A stretch of DNA of 64,000 bases from Pecten maximus (GCF_902652985.1 NC_047022.1:17484001-17548000), one strand, 5' to 3'; shown: positions 26,802 to 40,500, counted from the stretch's first letter. Numbers and translations are program-made. Notes: a model not told the origin generated them from the sequence alone.

Positions 26802-28004
26802 TTTCAACTGAAGAAAAAATACAAGTATGACGTATTCAATTGATGCAAAAAACAAAACAAAGCAATTACAGCTGGAAAAAGGTCTTTTCTTGATGGATGT
26901 CACGTATAATAATGCATGGTAATATTTTGACCTATATGTTTTGAATTCATAACTTTGATAATAATGAAAAAAAACTTGCTTTGATGTATATTTTTCTTGA
27001 CATGATATGACATGACATGACCTTTCTTTAGAAATAGAATAAGGTATTGTAAAAACTAAAAGTGGTATTGACAATATCAATTCTTTGTGATAACCACGCT
27101 TAATCTGCTGTATGCGATTAGTTCATTAAAGATGAAAACAACAAACAAAACTTTGTCAATAAAACATAGATATGAATGTGATTATTCTGAAGACGACACC
27201 TAGTCTAGGTTTTGAGCATACCAGAAGGATGACAAAGTCTTCAAATGAAATCAGAGAGAAAAAAACGAAATGATTGGTCTATGTCCTCATCAAAGCACAA
27301 TTGTAACCATTTCATATCGTACCAATTCTTATCAAAACACATTTACAAAACAAAACAACATATTTTACTCTATATGTCCAGTGCCATTCAAATATATTCT
27401 AAGCGAAAAGAAGTACAAATATGTATTTATTAAATATTGGATATTACTTATCCAAATGATATGATCATCTTTGTATATTAACCTTATATAAATGTGCCGA
27501 CATGATCAAGTTGAATTAAGTGTTCAGGTAGGTTACGGTATAGTTTTGTCTTCATCACATTGTAACTAAATGGAATTCTTATCTTTTAAAGAAAACACAA
27601 GATAAAAATAAAAGCTTATTTGAATTTATCATAACAACCATAGCGAATGTACAAAAACAAATCCTTTTTATACGTATTTTTGTAAATAAATAACGGACAT
27701 CATATAAACCTGACCGTACTTACCACCGTCGTCACCCGCTGTTAGTATATCGACTGGACAATAGAATCGATAGGTGCGATATAAATCCATCCCACCTGTT
27801 GTTGTTATTGAAGATGAATTAATAATTTCATTTCGTAAAAGGCAGTAAAATCATACACACATTGCTTGGGAATATAATGTAAATATTAAAGGCAATGGTT
27901 CTAGATTGATGTTTACGATTCGTTTGCCCCTGAACAAGTGCAGGTCCATATTTGCATACAGCGAATTTATTTCAGATTTAATATTTCGATGGCGTGAAGA
28001 TTAT

Positions 28005-28191
28005 GGTTAGGTTTGGTTTGTTTAACGTCATATCAATAGATATGGTCGTTAAAGGGAGGTCTCTCCTCTGTATGAGAGATGCATGCGTGAAGTGTATGTG
28101 TGTTTTGAGAGGCCGTGGTCTGTTTGTTTTTGCCTCCTTGTGACAACATGGGATTGCTACCTCACTGAACCATACTGCCAAAGACACCCAG
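28005..28191 (-). mobile_element. Bivalve-type SINE remnant interrupted by the LINE (continues ~33880-33895; paralogous remnant ~43352-43480)
   Basis: (AAACC)n tail and TGCTACCTCACTGAACCATACTGCCAAAGACACCCAGCAGG core, which resembles bivalve SINE cores. Recognised from memory, not searched. Confidence 0.5.
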
Positions 28192-31100
28192 GTGGAAAGT
28201 AAGCCTTTCTTTCACGGAATCTAGTTAAGGCCAAGAAACTTGACCAAACATGGACGACTAATGGTAAAGTCATGACAAAAGACAACGCGTCCAAAGTTCA
28301 CCAGATCCGCAGGGAAACTGAACTTGTGCCCTTCGGACATGTGATTGTCATCTAGTCAGTGTCAGAGTTCTGGCTGACACACCGACGGTGACGGGCGTCC
28401 CAACATATAAAGTGTAAGATTCTTGTATGATGCCGCGAAACTACGTTAATGTGCTATAATCGTGAGAGAAAAATCTACATCTACTGAGGTCTGCAATCGT
28501 CTTGTTAAGTGAATTTCCGTACCATGCAGTCTCTTTTATTTCCTCCTCCAACCTACACTTATTAGCGATATAACATATATCGTAACTTATACCTACTATG
28601 CTATTTACATATTAAAATATATACATTTAGCTACATTTAGCTACGTAATAATAACTGTACATGCGAGTATGTGTGCAAATGTGAATATATGTGTATCATA
28701 ATATATAATTTATTTGCAAATAGTAATTTTTGTATATTGGTTATTTGTGCAAATATACAATGTTGTAGCCCTTGCGAAGTACTTATATCTGGGCTCAGTG
28801 ATATCTGGATATAAACTTGTAGTTACCAGACTTTAATTAGTTCTACTTTACCATTTAAGAACACTAGACTGCGTAAACGTACTAAGCTCTTCACGTAGTT
28901 AATATGTAGTATTTGTTGAAATCGTCCATTCGTACAAATGTCTATATACCAGTGGCTATATATAAACATTGTATGGGTTTACATATTTGTATAGATATTT
29001 AATTTTGGTCATAATATAGCGTACAAGATACACCATTAGTAAACCTTATTCATGCTTTCTTCAGAGTACATGTGGTTATGTGTGAGCATGCTTGCACGCA
29101 TGATTATACAATAGCGTTTATATAAGTATCATTGTTTCAATTGTTTTCAGACGAAATGCATTTTTTTTTTCGTCTGACCAATCAATTTGCAAATACCTTT
29201 AAGGGTGGTTGAGCATCAATAATTTGCTGTTATTTATCTGGAGCGCGTTATGCATATCGTCCAGTATTGACTGAATGAAATATAGTTAAATTATGCGGTA
29301 ACTAAATGGATTGTAATTTGAGATACATACCTCTAGAATTCGGAAATTAATGCTCAACCACCCAGTAATGTAAATGTAATATCCTAGCACAGTTATATGT
29401 TCAACGTATATTATCTTATTATGTATCATTCCCCCTCATGCACCTGCAACCCCCCTCTCCAAATCGTATGATGGAACTAATTTCCGTCATTTACGTATTC
29501 CGTATTATTTTACCCTCCTTCCCAACTGTATCCACCTTCTCTCTGCACAATAATTACTTCCCCTGTCACATTTCTAACACGGAAACTGTTTATGCATTCT
29601 TCATAAATACTAATCGTGCCGATTACTACATTTCTTACCCTATCCAGACACTAAATACACTCATACTTCTCTTAGGGCCATCCTCAGTAACCTGAATGCC
29701 TATTTGCCATAGTTTGTATTGTGTCCGGATAGGTCTTTTCTATAACGTGCTTATTCCCCATCATGCTTTTCCACTTACATCTCCAGGTCTGTAATTATCG
29801 ACATTTTATATCTACTAGTTATGTTACAAGTATTACGATTCCTAATTCACACGCTACGAGTTGCAAATAAACTGAAACATTACTTCTATTACAGTTTCAG
29901 ACATGTTCCAAATGTAGTAAAGAATGTTATATCTCCTTCTTCTAACTTATGTATCTCTTTTCTATTAATCAAGCTGCTGCTCCTTCTCTGTGGCGATATT
30001 GAATGTAATCCTGGGCCCCAAGAGTCCGAGTCCGATTGATCATCCATCTCTTCATGTTCGTCCAATTTTACAACATTGTTTGATGAAGCTAAGTACGCGT
30101 TTGTTCACCTTAACGTACAGAGTATTAAGCAGAAATACTCCCTCCTTGATATAGTATGCGCTAGCGATCCATCATTAGTTAACATTTGTCATGTTGGCGA
30201 AAGCTTTCTCGACCAACCTTTGAGATACCACTGTCCTATTTATGGTAGTATCAATATATCTAAACCTATCCAAAAATGTTTAAACGCTGTATATGGCTAT
30301 ACGACCATGGTGACTACAATGATTATAGAGATAGACCTTCTCAAATCGACTGGGACACTATATTTGATTATGCTGACATTGACAACAGCACAAACCAACT
30401 TACCGATATTATACTCAGAACAGCCAAAAATGTATACCATTCAAGACTATAACCGTAAGAAATAGTTCCCCTGCATGGTTAACCAACATGGTAAGGAGAA
30501 TGTTACGCAAAAGAAAATACCTACATCGTAAAGCTAAACGATCTGGAAATGAAGACGATTGGGCTAATTTTAGAAAACTCCGAAATCTATGTGTTAATGC
30601 TATTCGTAAATTAAAAAGTAATTACTTTAATAAACTCTATAATAAGTTAAACAATAATACTAACACTAGTGCAAGGGATTGGTGGGAAATTGTAAATAAC
30701 TTCATGTCTAACTCTTTAAAAAAAAGCTCAATTCCCCCCTATCACTGTAAACAATAGCATTATATATGACGATCTGGAAAAAGCTAATGCATTCAACAAT
30801 TTCTTCTCCTCTCAATCTACCATTAATGACACAAATATTCACCCTCCTGACCTACTTCAACCTCCTCACACCCTTGCTAACATTGTTATCTCTCGACAAG
30901 ACGTTCTCGACGCAATACACTCTCTAAACACCAGAAAGGCGGCTGGTCCTGACTTGATAAGTCCTCGATTGATAAAGGAAGTCGCCGATATTTTAAGTTA
31001 CCCTCTACAACTATTGTTTAACCTGTCACTTACCTCATCTACATTTCCGTCTCCCTGGAAAAAAAACACATGTCACACCTGTTTTTAAAAACATGACCCC

Positions 31101-33867
31101 TCTGTTATCAGTAACTACCGTCCAATATCTTTATTGTCTAATATTGGCAAATTAATGGAAAGATGTGTGTATCAATATGTCCACAATTTCCTTATCGATA
31201 AATCACTTCTAACCCCGTACCAATCTGGCTTCAGATCTGGTGATTCTACCATCAATCAACTTCTATCAATTTCCCACGATATTTTCTCTAATTTTGATAA
31301 GGGTAACGAAATCAGATTGATATTCTGTGACATAAGCAAGGCGTTTGACCGGGTTTGGCATCGAGGCCTACTATCCAAATCAAAATATTTCAGAATAACT
31401 GGAAATCTCTTTTTATGGTTCTCAAATTATTTACGTAATCGTTGCCAAAGTGTAGTTATCAACGGTAAGCAATCCAACCTAGCCTATATTACAGCGGGTG
31501 TTCCGCAAGGTTCAATCCTTGGCCCACTACTTTTCTTAATTTTCATAAATGACATTGTTAATAACATTAGCTGTGCCATAAAACTGTTTGCTAATGACAC
31601 ATCTCTGTATGTCATCGTTGAATCTCCACATCTTAGCGCTAACCTGTTAAATGATAACCTTAGTAAAATTAACGAATGGTCTAAAACATGGCTTGTTAAC
31701 TTCAACCCTTCTAAAACTCTAACAATGACCGTAAGCAAAAAACTAACAAACCGATCCACCCCTCCCTATTCATGAATAATACCATACTTACGGAAGTCAC
31801 TTCACACACACATCTAGGTATCACACTCTCAGCTAACGGAAATTGGACTGATCATTTACAGCACATTATAAGTAAAGCTTCTAAAAAAACTTGCTGTCCT
31901 TAGAAATCTCAAGTTTGGCATTGATCGGAAATCCCTTCAAACTTTATACTGTTCATTTATTAGACCTTTACTAGAATATGAAGACATTTTCTGGGACAAT
32001 ATAACATTAGGCCAAAGTAAATTATTTGAAAGTATACAACTTGAAGCTGCTAGGATCATTACCGGGGCTACAAAACTTACAAGTCACGACCGCCTATATC
32101 TAGAGTCTGGTTTAGATACACTTGTTAACAGAAGAAGAAAACATAAAAATCATTAAATTTCATCAGATGGTTCATGACCAATGTCCTACCTACTTAACAA
32201 ACTTGCTTCCAGCTCGCCACTCCAATATCCACTCCTACAACACAAGAGCCGACTCCTTCAAATTAATTCCCTGCCGAACTAATCTCTTCAAAGACTCTTT
32301 CCTTCCCTCTTCTGTTGTTCTGTGGAACGCACTACCCGAGGTCATAAAAACTAACCCCTCTATTATTAATCTTAAAAAATTCCTCAATGCTGGCACTGAA
32401 ACCGTACCCCTATATTACTATCGCTGTAAAACTAGACACAGTCAGATTCACCACGCACGACTCAGGATGCATTGTAGTTCTCTGAACAGTCATTTATATA
32501 TACGCAATCTAGTTAACAGTCCCCTGTGTTCATGCAACTTATCTGACGAAACTACAGGGCACTTCCTTCTTCACTGTCCAAACTACCAGCACATCAGAAT
32601 TCAATGTTTTAGAAACTTACCTCCCGACTACAATGTTAACATTTTATTATACGGTAACCCTGATATGCCAGACCAGTATAACGAAAATATCTTTGATACT
32701 GTTCAAACATTTATTATACATTCTAAAAGATTCTAGAGTCACTGGTACACGTCTGACATCACATTCTTATAATGTGTACTTTTTATATGCGCAATATATA
32801 TACGTACCGAAAACACCATACGATTCCATACCACAGACCTGGTTACCGATATAATTATCATAGAGAACTTTCCGATATTTTTTCTTTGTTCCTACATTCT
32901 ATTCAATCTGTGTTTACCTGTACCTATATCTGTTTCAATGCATTGTATGGAACATAATTAATCTTGTCCCCAAGCTTATGTTTAATTCTTTGTGATGACC
33001 AGCAATTATGAATGACTTACTCTCCACTTATCAATGTTTTGTTATCTAAATACCTCCCCGAGGCTATATTACATCATCTATTGTTATGTCAGGAAAAGTT
33101 CACTTGCATGTCCAGTTTTATTTTGCCTTTTTTGTGTCATTCATCTTAATTATATACTTTCCTACGTGTCAATTTGGACAATGGTCAGTTCCATTTTATA
33201 TGTTTACACCGGAGACCCGGGCGGCAGTTGGATTCCCAACCAGCAAATGGACAACACGTACACTACGGATTACCAAGTGTGATCAGAACTTATATTGGAC
33301 TTGCTTAATTTACAAAGTTGGATCGCCAGCTATATACATTGTATTTATTGGAATACCAATACATGTGGACTTAATTATCCTGTTATAATTTGTGAAACGG
33401 TTGATATTATGATTTGAAACAAATAATATAAGAAATCATTGCAAACTGATTTAAACTCTTTGTTTTGTGTCCTGCCATGCGTCCAATCATACAACAGTCC
33501 GAATCTAAACAGATACAGCAAAACGCCGTATGAAATAAGGTTGTAAGGTTGTAATACAATTTTTTCGGTTAATACATGTGCAAATATATTTATATATATA
33601 TATTAACAAAATAATCCTATCGGTAAATCAATGTAACAGTTTCCTCTTCTCAACCCCACACGCTTTCCTCCCCTCCCCCGCACCCCCTCACTACCTGTAT
33701 TAAATAATGTAGTCCACTTTGTCAGTACCGTCATTTTGCCAATATGTTACAACTTATGGAGACAGATTAATATAAGTACACTGTACTTGTTTCTGAATCC
33801 GACCATTTTCATTTATGTTGCTGTACTACATGTTGTATTGAATCACAAATAAAATACAATTTAAACT
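28192..33867 (+). mobile_element. CR1/L2-group LINE, 5.7 kb, degenerate (ORF1 C-terminus, 2A-like peptide, partly deleted APE, RT, tail)
   Basis: 12-bp TSD AAAGACACCCAG (28180-28191 / 33868-33879) and absence from the paralogous block. ORF1-like WTTNGKVMTK, then HLNVQS, YQSGFR, CDISKAFDRVWH, GVPQGSILGP and LFAND (catalytic D to N). Several frameshifts. Confidence 0.93.
29965..30018 (+). other. 2A-like (StopGo) ribosome-skipping peptide LIKLLLLLCGDIECNPGP
   Basis: Matches the D(V/I)ExNPGP consensus with an upstream Leu-rich tract, placed just before the LINE APE domain. Confidence 0.8.
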
Positions 33868-33895
33868 AAAGACACCCAGCAGGTCACCTCATTTA

Positions 33896-34762
33896 CAGTC
33901 CGACGGGAATGACCTGTCCTGTTGAACTTTGATTAGCATATTGATTTTAGATGAGTCGATACTCATATAGGGAAATACGTGTATTACATACGTGTGTATA
34001 TGAAACAGTTTTAAATGATATGCAAGACCGTTCTCATCGACGAATCAGTCGTGTCGGCTAAGTGGTACGTTACCTTAGTACAGTGTTTTGGTTAGAATCC
34101 CGTAGGGTATTTTTTCCGATTGATAAGATATTTTTTGTTTGCGTGTTGTTTGATTTATGTCAGTGCATAATTAGTTTGTATTTCATATATAGATATATTT
34201 TTTTAATTCTGCCTTCAATTAATGTTATACTTCTTGCAACTAGACTATTTGACTTAACTTGACCGAGAGCATTCCATTTACATTATTTTTATAATCAAAA
34301 TACGTAAATACGTTTGATGACCTTAACTATCCAGTGTTATTTAATATATTTATCAACGACCGCATTTCTTTTCTCTCTTTTTTCTGTGTGTTTTGGCACA
34401 TTGAGCGTGGGACACAGAGACCTCTTTTTTCTGTGTGTATAGACACATTGAGCGTGGGACACAGATACCTAGCTCAGTAAACTTAATTACGTATGGCATA
34501 TTTTTGTAAGGTCTTCAAATGCTCGTTGGTGGTCGTCCAAAATCGCCTGTATGTTTATTTGTGAATAAATTGAATACAGTATTCAATATCGCATTGGAGA
34601 GATTATTTTACAGCCATGTTTTTCCACAACGTATCCACGTGCGTTATGTAACTGATGCATTGAAACATCAATTAAAAGGTTGACATACCCACACACAAAT
34701 AGGTAGCCTACTTTATATATTCCACGAAAAAGGCACCGCGACAGGTCATTCTTGCCTGACTA
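33896..34762. mobile_element. TIR element of the same family as 20596-21012 (partial paralogue ~43515-44238)
   Basis: CAGTCCGACGGGAATGACCTGTC / GACAGGTCATTCTTGCCTGACTA termini. Confidence 0.55.
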
Positions 34763-35074
34763 TAGTCACATACAATATATTGACAATCAGTCGTCTCATT
34801 CCAAAAAAAGGCCGAGCGATTAGAAGGAGTAATTTAGAGATTCTGGTATGTCTCGGCAAGGGCACAAAACCCAAGACATCACAGGGTCGATCGCTCTACT
34901 AAAGACCGAAAGTGAGAAGTGGATTGTTTATTGAGAGTAGTCAACGAAATTTGAAGACAAAATAAAAGTATTCAAACGTCGATAAGAACTATGATTAACT
35001 ATGACTAATATATCTAATATTAACAGTGTTTCAATGAACGACAAACCTGTTACTATACTGTTTGTTAGCAATAT

Positions 35075-36154
35075 GGGTCAAAGAAGTAATATAAACAGTA
35101 TAATCCAGATAACACTGGATCCTCACATAAATGTATGGAGGATACGAATTACTTGTAATGATTATATGGGGCGAAGAAGTAATTCAAACAGTGTGGACAA
35201 TGAGGCTTGTTAAATTTTCGAGGCAATCCGCCCCTTTATCAAAACACAAAAAATACAAATACAATCACATAATATATATAAGAAGTACTGGAAATACAAT
35301 AAAATACAATAAGAATAATGCTTTAGTAACTGGAGAAAAACAACAATGAACCCTTCGGCAAACGTGGGCCGAAGGCGGATACTAGCGTGACTGTATCACG
35401 GTCAACACTAGAACGCTATGCGACCAACGGCAGAGATATTTTGAATTCCTCCGCACGTGAAAGTATATCGAAGAGTTAAAAGACGATTCGTCCCTTAATA
35501 CTGCTAGTGGACGACATTGCATGATATCAGATTTCAGAATAAAAATGTTGCATTATCGTCTCTACAGCGATAAATTAAAAATCATGTACAAAGTCTGAAA
35601 AACTTTTGAAAAATATCTTTTAGATAATTAGAATTATAGAGAGTGGTGTGAAAAAAACTAGACATCTACTACGAATATTTATCAAGACTGAGAATATAAG
35701 AAATACGAATGCCGAAGTGTCCCTACAGGACGCTACGGGAAACAGACGGTTCCGGCCAAATCGGACCAAGATGCTGTTGATGGCGGAAGGCGACTAAATG
35801 CGAGTCTCAAAGAGCAACAATGAATTGATGCCCAAAAAAGTACAGCAATGAAAATTTTAACAAATTGAATAATTAACTACATGAATTGTCAAATATAATG
35901 GTCACATGGAGAATACACCCAGAAGACGTCTTTAACGTTCGTTCATACCCCGAGGGTAGCAGGTTTGGAGATTGGTAATCCAGTATCTTTCTCTGGAACG
36001 ACGTTTCGTTTCATTCCAGGTAGGACAGTGATCAATGGCGACCACCTGCATATCCTTCCAACTATGACTAGGTAAAATGAAATGCCTTGCCACAGGAAAG
36101 TCTGGTCTGTTTTGCTTGATGGAGCAACGGTGATTGTTGATTCTGATGTTGAGC
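35075..36154 (-). mobile_element. 5'-truncated Penelope-like retroelement (GIY-YIG C-terminus plus 3' region)
   Basis: RINNHR..PVARHF..H..RERYWITNLQTCYPRGMN is typical of PLE endonuclease ends. 14-bp TSD TTTGTTAGCAATAT (35061-35074 / 36155-36168), with the empty site in the paralogous block at ~44561. Confidence 0.88.
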
Positions 36155-36817
36155 TTTGTTAGCAATATATATACATACTAGACTCGGACACGGCTGAAGC
36201 ATGTTGAATGCGGATCTCTTCAAATGTTTTTGTGTGAAAAGGTATAAAAATCCAAAGATGGTGAATAGTAGTCCAAATGTAAAATTTAATACCTAGTAAG
36301 TCAAACGTTCAAAGAGTCGGCAGGCGATTTCCGGAGTATCCGAAAACCAACCTGTACTGTCCGAGCTCCAGATTCTATCTGTATATTATGTTATCCGATA
36401 AGTTGTAAAACTTACGGAATAAAGTTGAATTGAATTGAGTCTAACAAACATTTCATGCATAGCCTTAAATTACAATTGATACAATAAATTAAATAATACT
36501 CAAAACATTTTTTTCAGAACAGACGGTGAGATAATTAGCTCACATTTCTTCCAAGACTAACGTGCCATACCTGGTCAGACCAGTTACGTAACTTCAAAGG
36601 CTAAATTCGTAAAATAAGTTCATAATGCCACTCAGCTTAAGGATCGTCCCATATCGAATCATTTAACTCTTTTAATATACATGTATTCCATATTATATAG
36701 CCTCTCATAGACCCTCCATTCATCATACAAATGACATGATCAGCCAATGTAAGTCGCCGATATCACAATAATGTAGCATATGTGTTACAACAAAATGTAA
36801 CATAACAAATAGTCGAT

Positions 36818-37204
36818 CAGGGTTCATACAGATTATGTCAAACCAAATTGAAGGCCTTTTCAAGGCCTTTTCAAAATTAAATATCCAATGCCAATTTTAC
36901 CCGTCATCTAAGTCAGCTTGATAGGGAACAAGAGAACAAAAAAGCAAGTTATAACTATCCACTTGATCAAAATATAACTTCATATGGTAATTATTCTTAT
37001 AAATCATTTATTAAAACAGTAATGGCTGTAGAGGAAGAAAATAATCAGTGGCCAGGGTTTCACTTCCTAATGAAACCTTAACATTCAAGGATTTTTCAAG
37101 GCTGTAGACCAATTTTCAGGGCTTTTAAAGGTCCAGAATGAAATTCAATGCTTTTCAATGCCCAATGTGAAATTTAAGGCTTTTCAAGGTCCGTGCTTAC
37201 CCTG
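36818..37204. mobile_element. hAT-like MITE (CAGGGT...ACCCTG) with TTCAAGG sub-repeats; only its right end remains at 21899-21984
   Basis: Terminal CAGGGT / ACCCTG and repeated TTTTCAAGG. No TSD confirmed. Confidence 0.5.
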
Positions 37205-37519
37205 TCAACCCCGTCACAATAACTCTATGACGTCTTGTGATTGCCTCCCTATTGAGAAACACAGCATGCCCGAGTCTATATTCGTCTGTCTAATATACAT
37301 TTCAGGTCCTTAGCATCACTGACGAGTCTAAGAAGGACGAGAATTTTGTATGATGCAGTCTAAATCACTCACAGAAAGTTATCTTGTGTCTTTTGTACAA
37401 TCAACGTATTTTTTCCCGTATAGTAAAAAGTGTATTCCCATATATATAAGTACCGCATGAAATTGATTAATCTCGTTAAATAAATTCCATATGAAATTCC
37501 GAAATGTTACCATCAAGAA

Positions 37520-40500
37520 TTACTCGTTGTTCTTGGAAGAGGAATTCATGTTGAACGTACTTGTCCGGGTCACTTGAGGAGAGTTGGTTCTACAGAAGGG
37601 ATTATCTCTGATGTTGATTTTTTCCTTCAACAACAAGAACACTCTTCTGTTGACTATAAAGCCAATGAAAATAAAAACACCTTGACACCCGTTAAGTATT
37701 GTATTGAAATACGAAACTATCGACTCAGGAAAAAAGGCTTCAATAACCGTTGCTAACCATGTGACACCTGTTATGAAAAACAGCTTAATATATATCCCAA
37801 AATGACGATGATTTTCATGATTGCTCTCGATACGTGGAGCATTACGTATTTTATAGGCTGTGATTGAAAAGAAAATTATGTTCGATAAACACACTATGAC
37901 TATCGGTGACAGAAACGTTAAATAGAAAGATATTTTACTTGATATGAAACATTTGCCGACTCCATACCCAGTTATCTGCCCTTTGTTAAATCCGAGAGTG
38001 AATGTTGTATTTAGACCAACGATTATGACCGGAAGTCCAAACGAATACGACATGTAACTCTTCAGCGTTTTAAGTTTGTTATGAACTATATGATAGCTAC
38101 CTATTCCACTAAAAACCCTGAACATATGAAACGAGCAAATATTCATACAACCAAACACTGACAACCATAAGACATGCATGACCATGCCAATAACTTCACA
38201 TAAAACAGAATCTACCGGAGCCATTAACCCAAACTGGAAGGAGAGTTGAGTGAAGAACAAAGAAAACACCAGACACATGTTATTAATGCCTGGTATTGAC
38301 TGAAGGGTCGGATTGACCAGATAGACAACAAACGTAAGAAACAGACAAATCAACGAAGCCATATTACAGACAAGAGTTAGTATCGGAAGTGCCGGGTCTA
38401 CATATTCCACCACTGGATCTGAGATGGCTTCAACGTCTTCCACACAGACGCGAACTCTACCGTGAGAAGATCTTTGGAATTTGTCAAACGGGAGAGTCTT
38501 TCCGATGCTGTGAATTGTTATTTCCATATTGACCGTGTTGACGTCATATTCGTCACTTTCGAGTTCGATTTGTTGACATAAAAGAACTTTTGTAACGTAG
38601 ACTGACCTAAACGTCTGCAGAGGGACAAAGCTGTGATTGGAAAACCTTTGAATGTAACACGTTTCTTTGAAGGATGCTTTCTCTATTATGGATGGTGTCA
38701 TCAGAGCTCTCAAGCTCGTTTTGGAAGTAAGACTGATAAATTTCCCACTATCTACAGATATATTCCACATATCAGAAGTGTTTTCTAACAAAGAATTTTC
38801 CGTCCGAAAACGTGGAACATATCCCTCTATATGGACTGTCATGTAAAGAAACATTTGGATGGTTTCTATGTTGATATAAGCTGATGTTGATTCACACGGG
38901 AAGTTAGACAAAAGATGGAAATTATCTAATTCGAATTCCTCTGTACCAAATACTTTTGAAATATGAAATTTGATTCCACTTTCCACGAACTTAAGTAATT
39001 CTAGAGCGTTTGTTTGGTTTCGTTTGAGATGACCAGTGAACTCAATGGAGACTGTGTACCGCAAATTATTTGTTAAAGACAGTAACGGAATACAGCTGGT
39101 ACTGTTAGGAACCTTTCCAGGAAAACAAGAAATGTTTCGGCAGTAGTCCTGAAAAAGAAAGAAAAATCGTCCATGATTACGAAATCAATCTTTAAATTCA
39201 ATGTACACGTTTTCACATTCAGTTTGGTTATATTTATGAAAATGAATACTTCTTCTGATCTTATATGGGACTGAATCTATAATAGCTGTGAACTGTTGTT
39301 TCATTAAATTTAATCTGGCCTATCTTATTGTGCATCATAAGTACATGTACTAGTAAAAAGAAGAACATTATTTTCTAATTATTTCAGTTTTTATTCATGG
39401 CATCTTATATTGCTAAACGGATTTTAAAATGCATGAGAAAAGCTAGTAGCTGATTCGTAATCATATCAATATCATAATTCGTATAGCTTTCAAAACATAA
39501 AATTGATATAATATATATTGTATATAAAATAAAAAGTCAAACACAGATCTGCTGTCTCCCTAGTACTTTCGCGGCTATATCGTGCCGCTCTTCAGGGGAT
39601 TATGCCTTGAAGAGCGGCACGATATAGCCGCGAAAGTACTAGGGAGACAGCAGATCTGTGTTTGACTGTCTACCTTATCATTATTTACCGTTACATGGAC
39701 ACTTAAACTTTAATATATATATATATATATATATGATAACGCCATTTCAGCCCGAGATCAATATAAGCATACTCCTTATATGCGGGTTGTCTAATGTTTT
39801 AAAAGCTGTTTAGAATTTAATCAATTAATATCTTTGCATTAATGAAATTTATTCAAAATCTGTTTTAAAAAATCCTACCTGCCAATAGTCGTAAATTTGG
39901 TCTTTGCGACACCTTTCTCCTTCCACTTCCGGCACCGTATCATCATATTCAGCCACTGAAAATATAGACCGGAAGGTTACATCAAAAGGAGGTAACGGAA
40001 GTGTGGGTCCCTTATTGTCCGTATCACTTACGTCGTCCATAACGTTTCCTGTTATATTAGGGATCGTAGCCGAATTACAAAGTTCACAAAATAAGTTTTT
40101 GTAATGTGGGTAGCTGTATATACGAGGGAAAAGATGACAAGCTTTCTCGTGGTTAATATTGTATTTCTGCCATTGGCCAGTCTCGTTGCAGGATGAAATG
40201 ACACCTGTGACGGAGTTTTCCGGATTGCACAGGTAGCAATAAAAGTTTTTAAATTTTTTATATCCAGGTAAGCTATTGGAGGAAGCTTCTTCACATGCCC
40301 AAATAACATCCGGGTCGTATACTGGCCAGTTTCCCGTGACGTTGCATTTATCGATCGCATCTGATTTTGAACTAGTAGAGCATTTCACATCGGGATTATA
40401 TGGATTGTGCAAATCAAATCTGACGGAACAATTAATGTTTTTTGACAGATTGATCACATCCATGAACGAAACAAGGTGAATATAATCTAAAACAGAATCA

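Larger units (their letters stand above)
21899..36215. repeat. Segmental duplication block A (partner block 37120-44620)
   Basis: Near-identical UTR, intron and upstream sequence to 37120-44620 once the block-specific LINE and Penelope insertions are removed. Confidence 0.9.

Noticed and set aside
26802-27080. N-terminal extension of the 875-aa ORF (similarly 42213-42266 and 18664-18678)
   Set aside because: It lies mostly upstream of a conserved splice acceptor, is not open in the paralogue, and the signal peptide starts at the downstream ATG.
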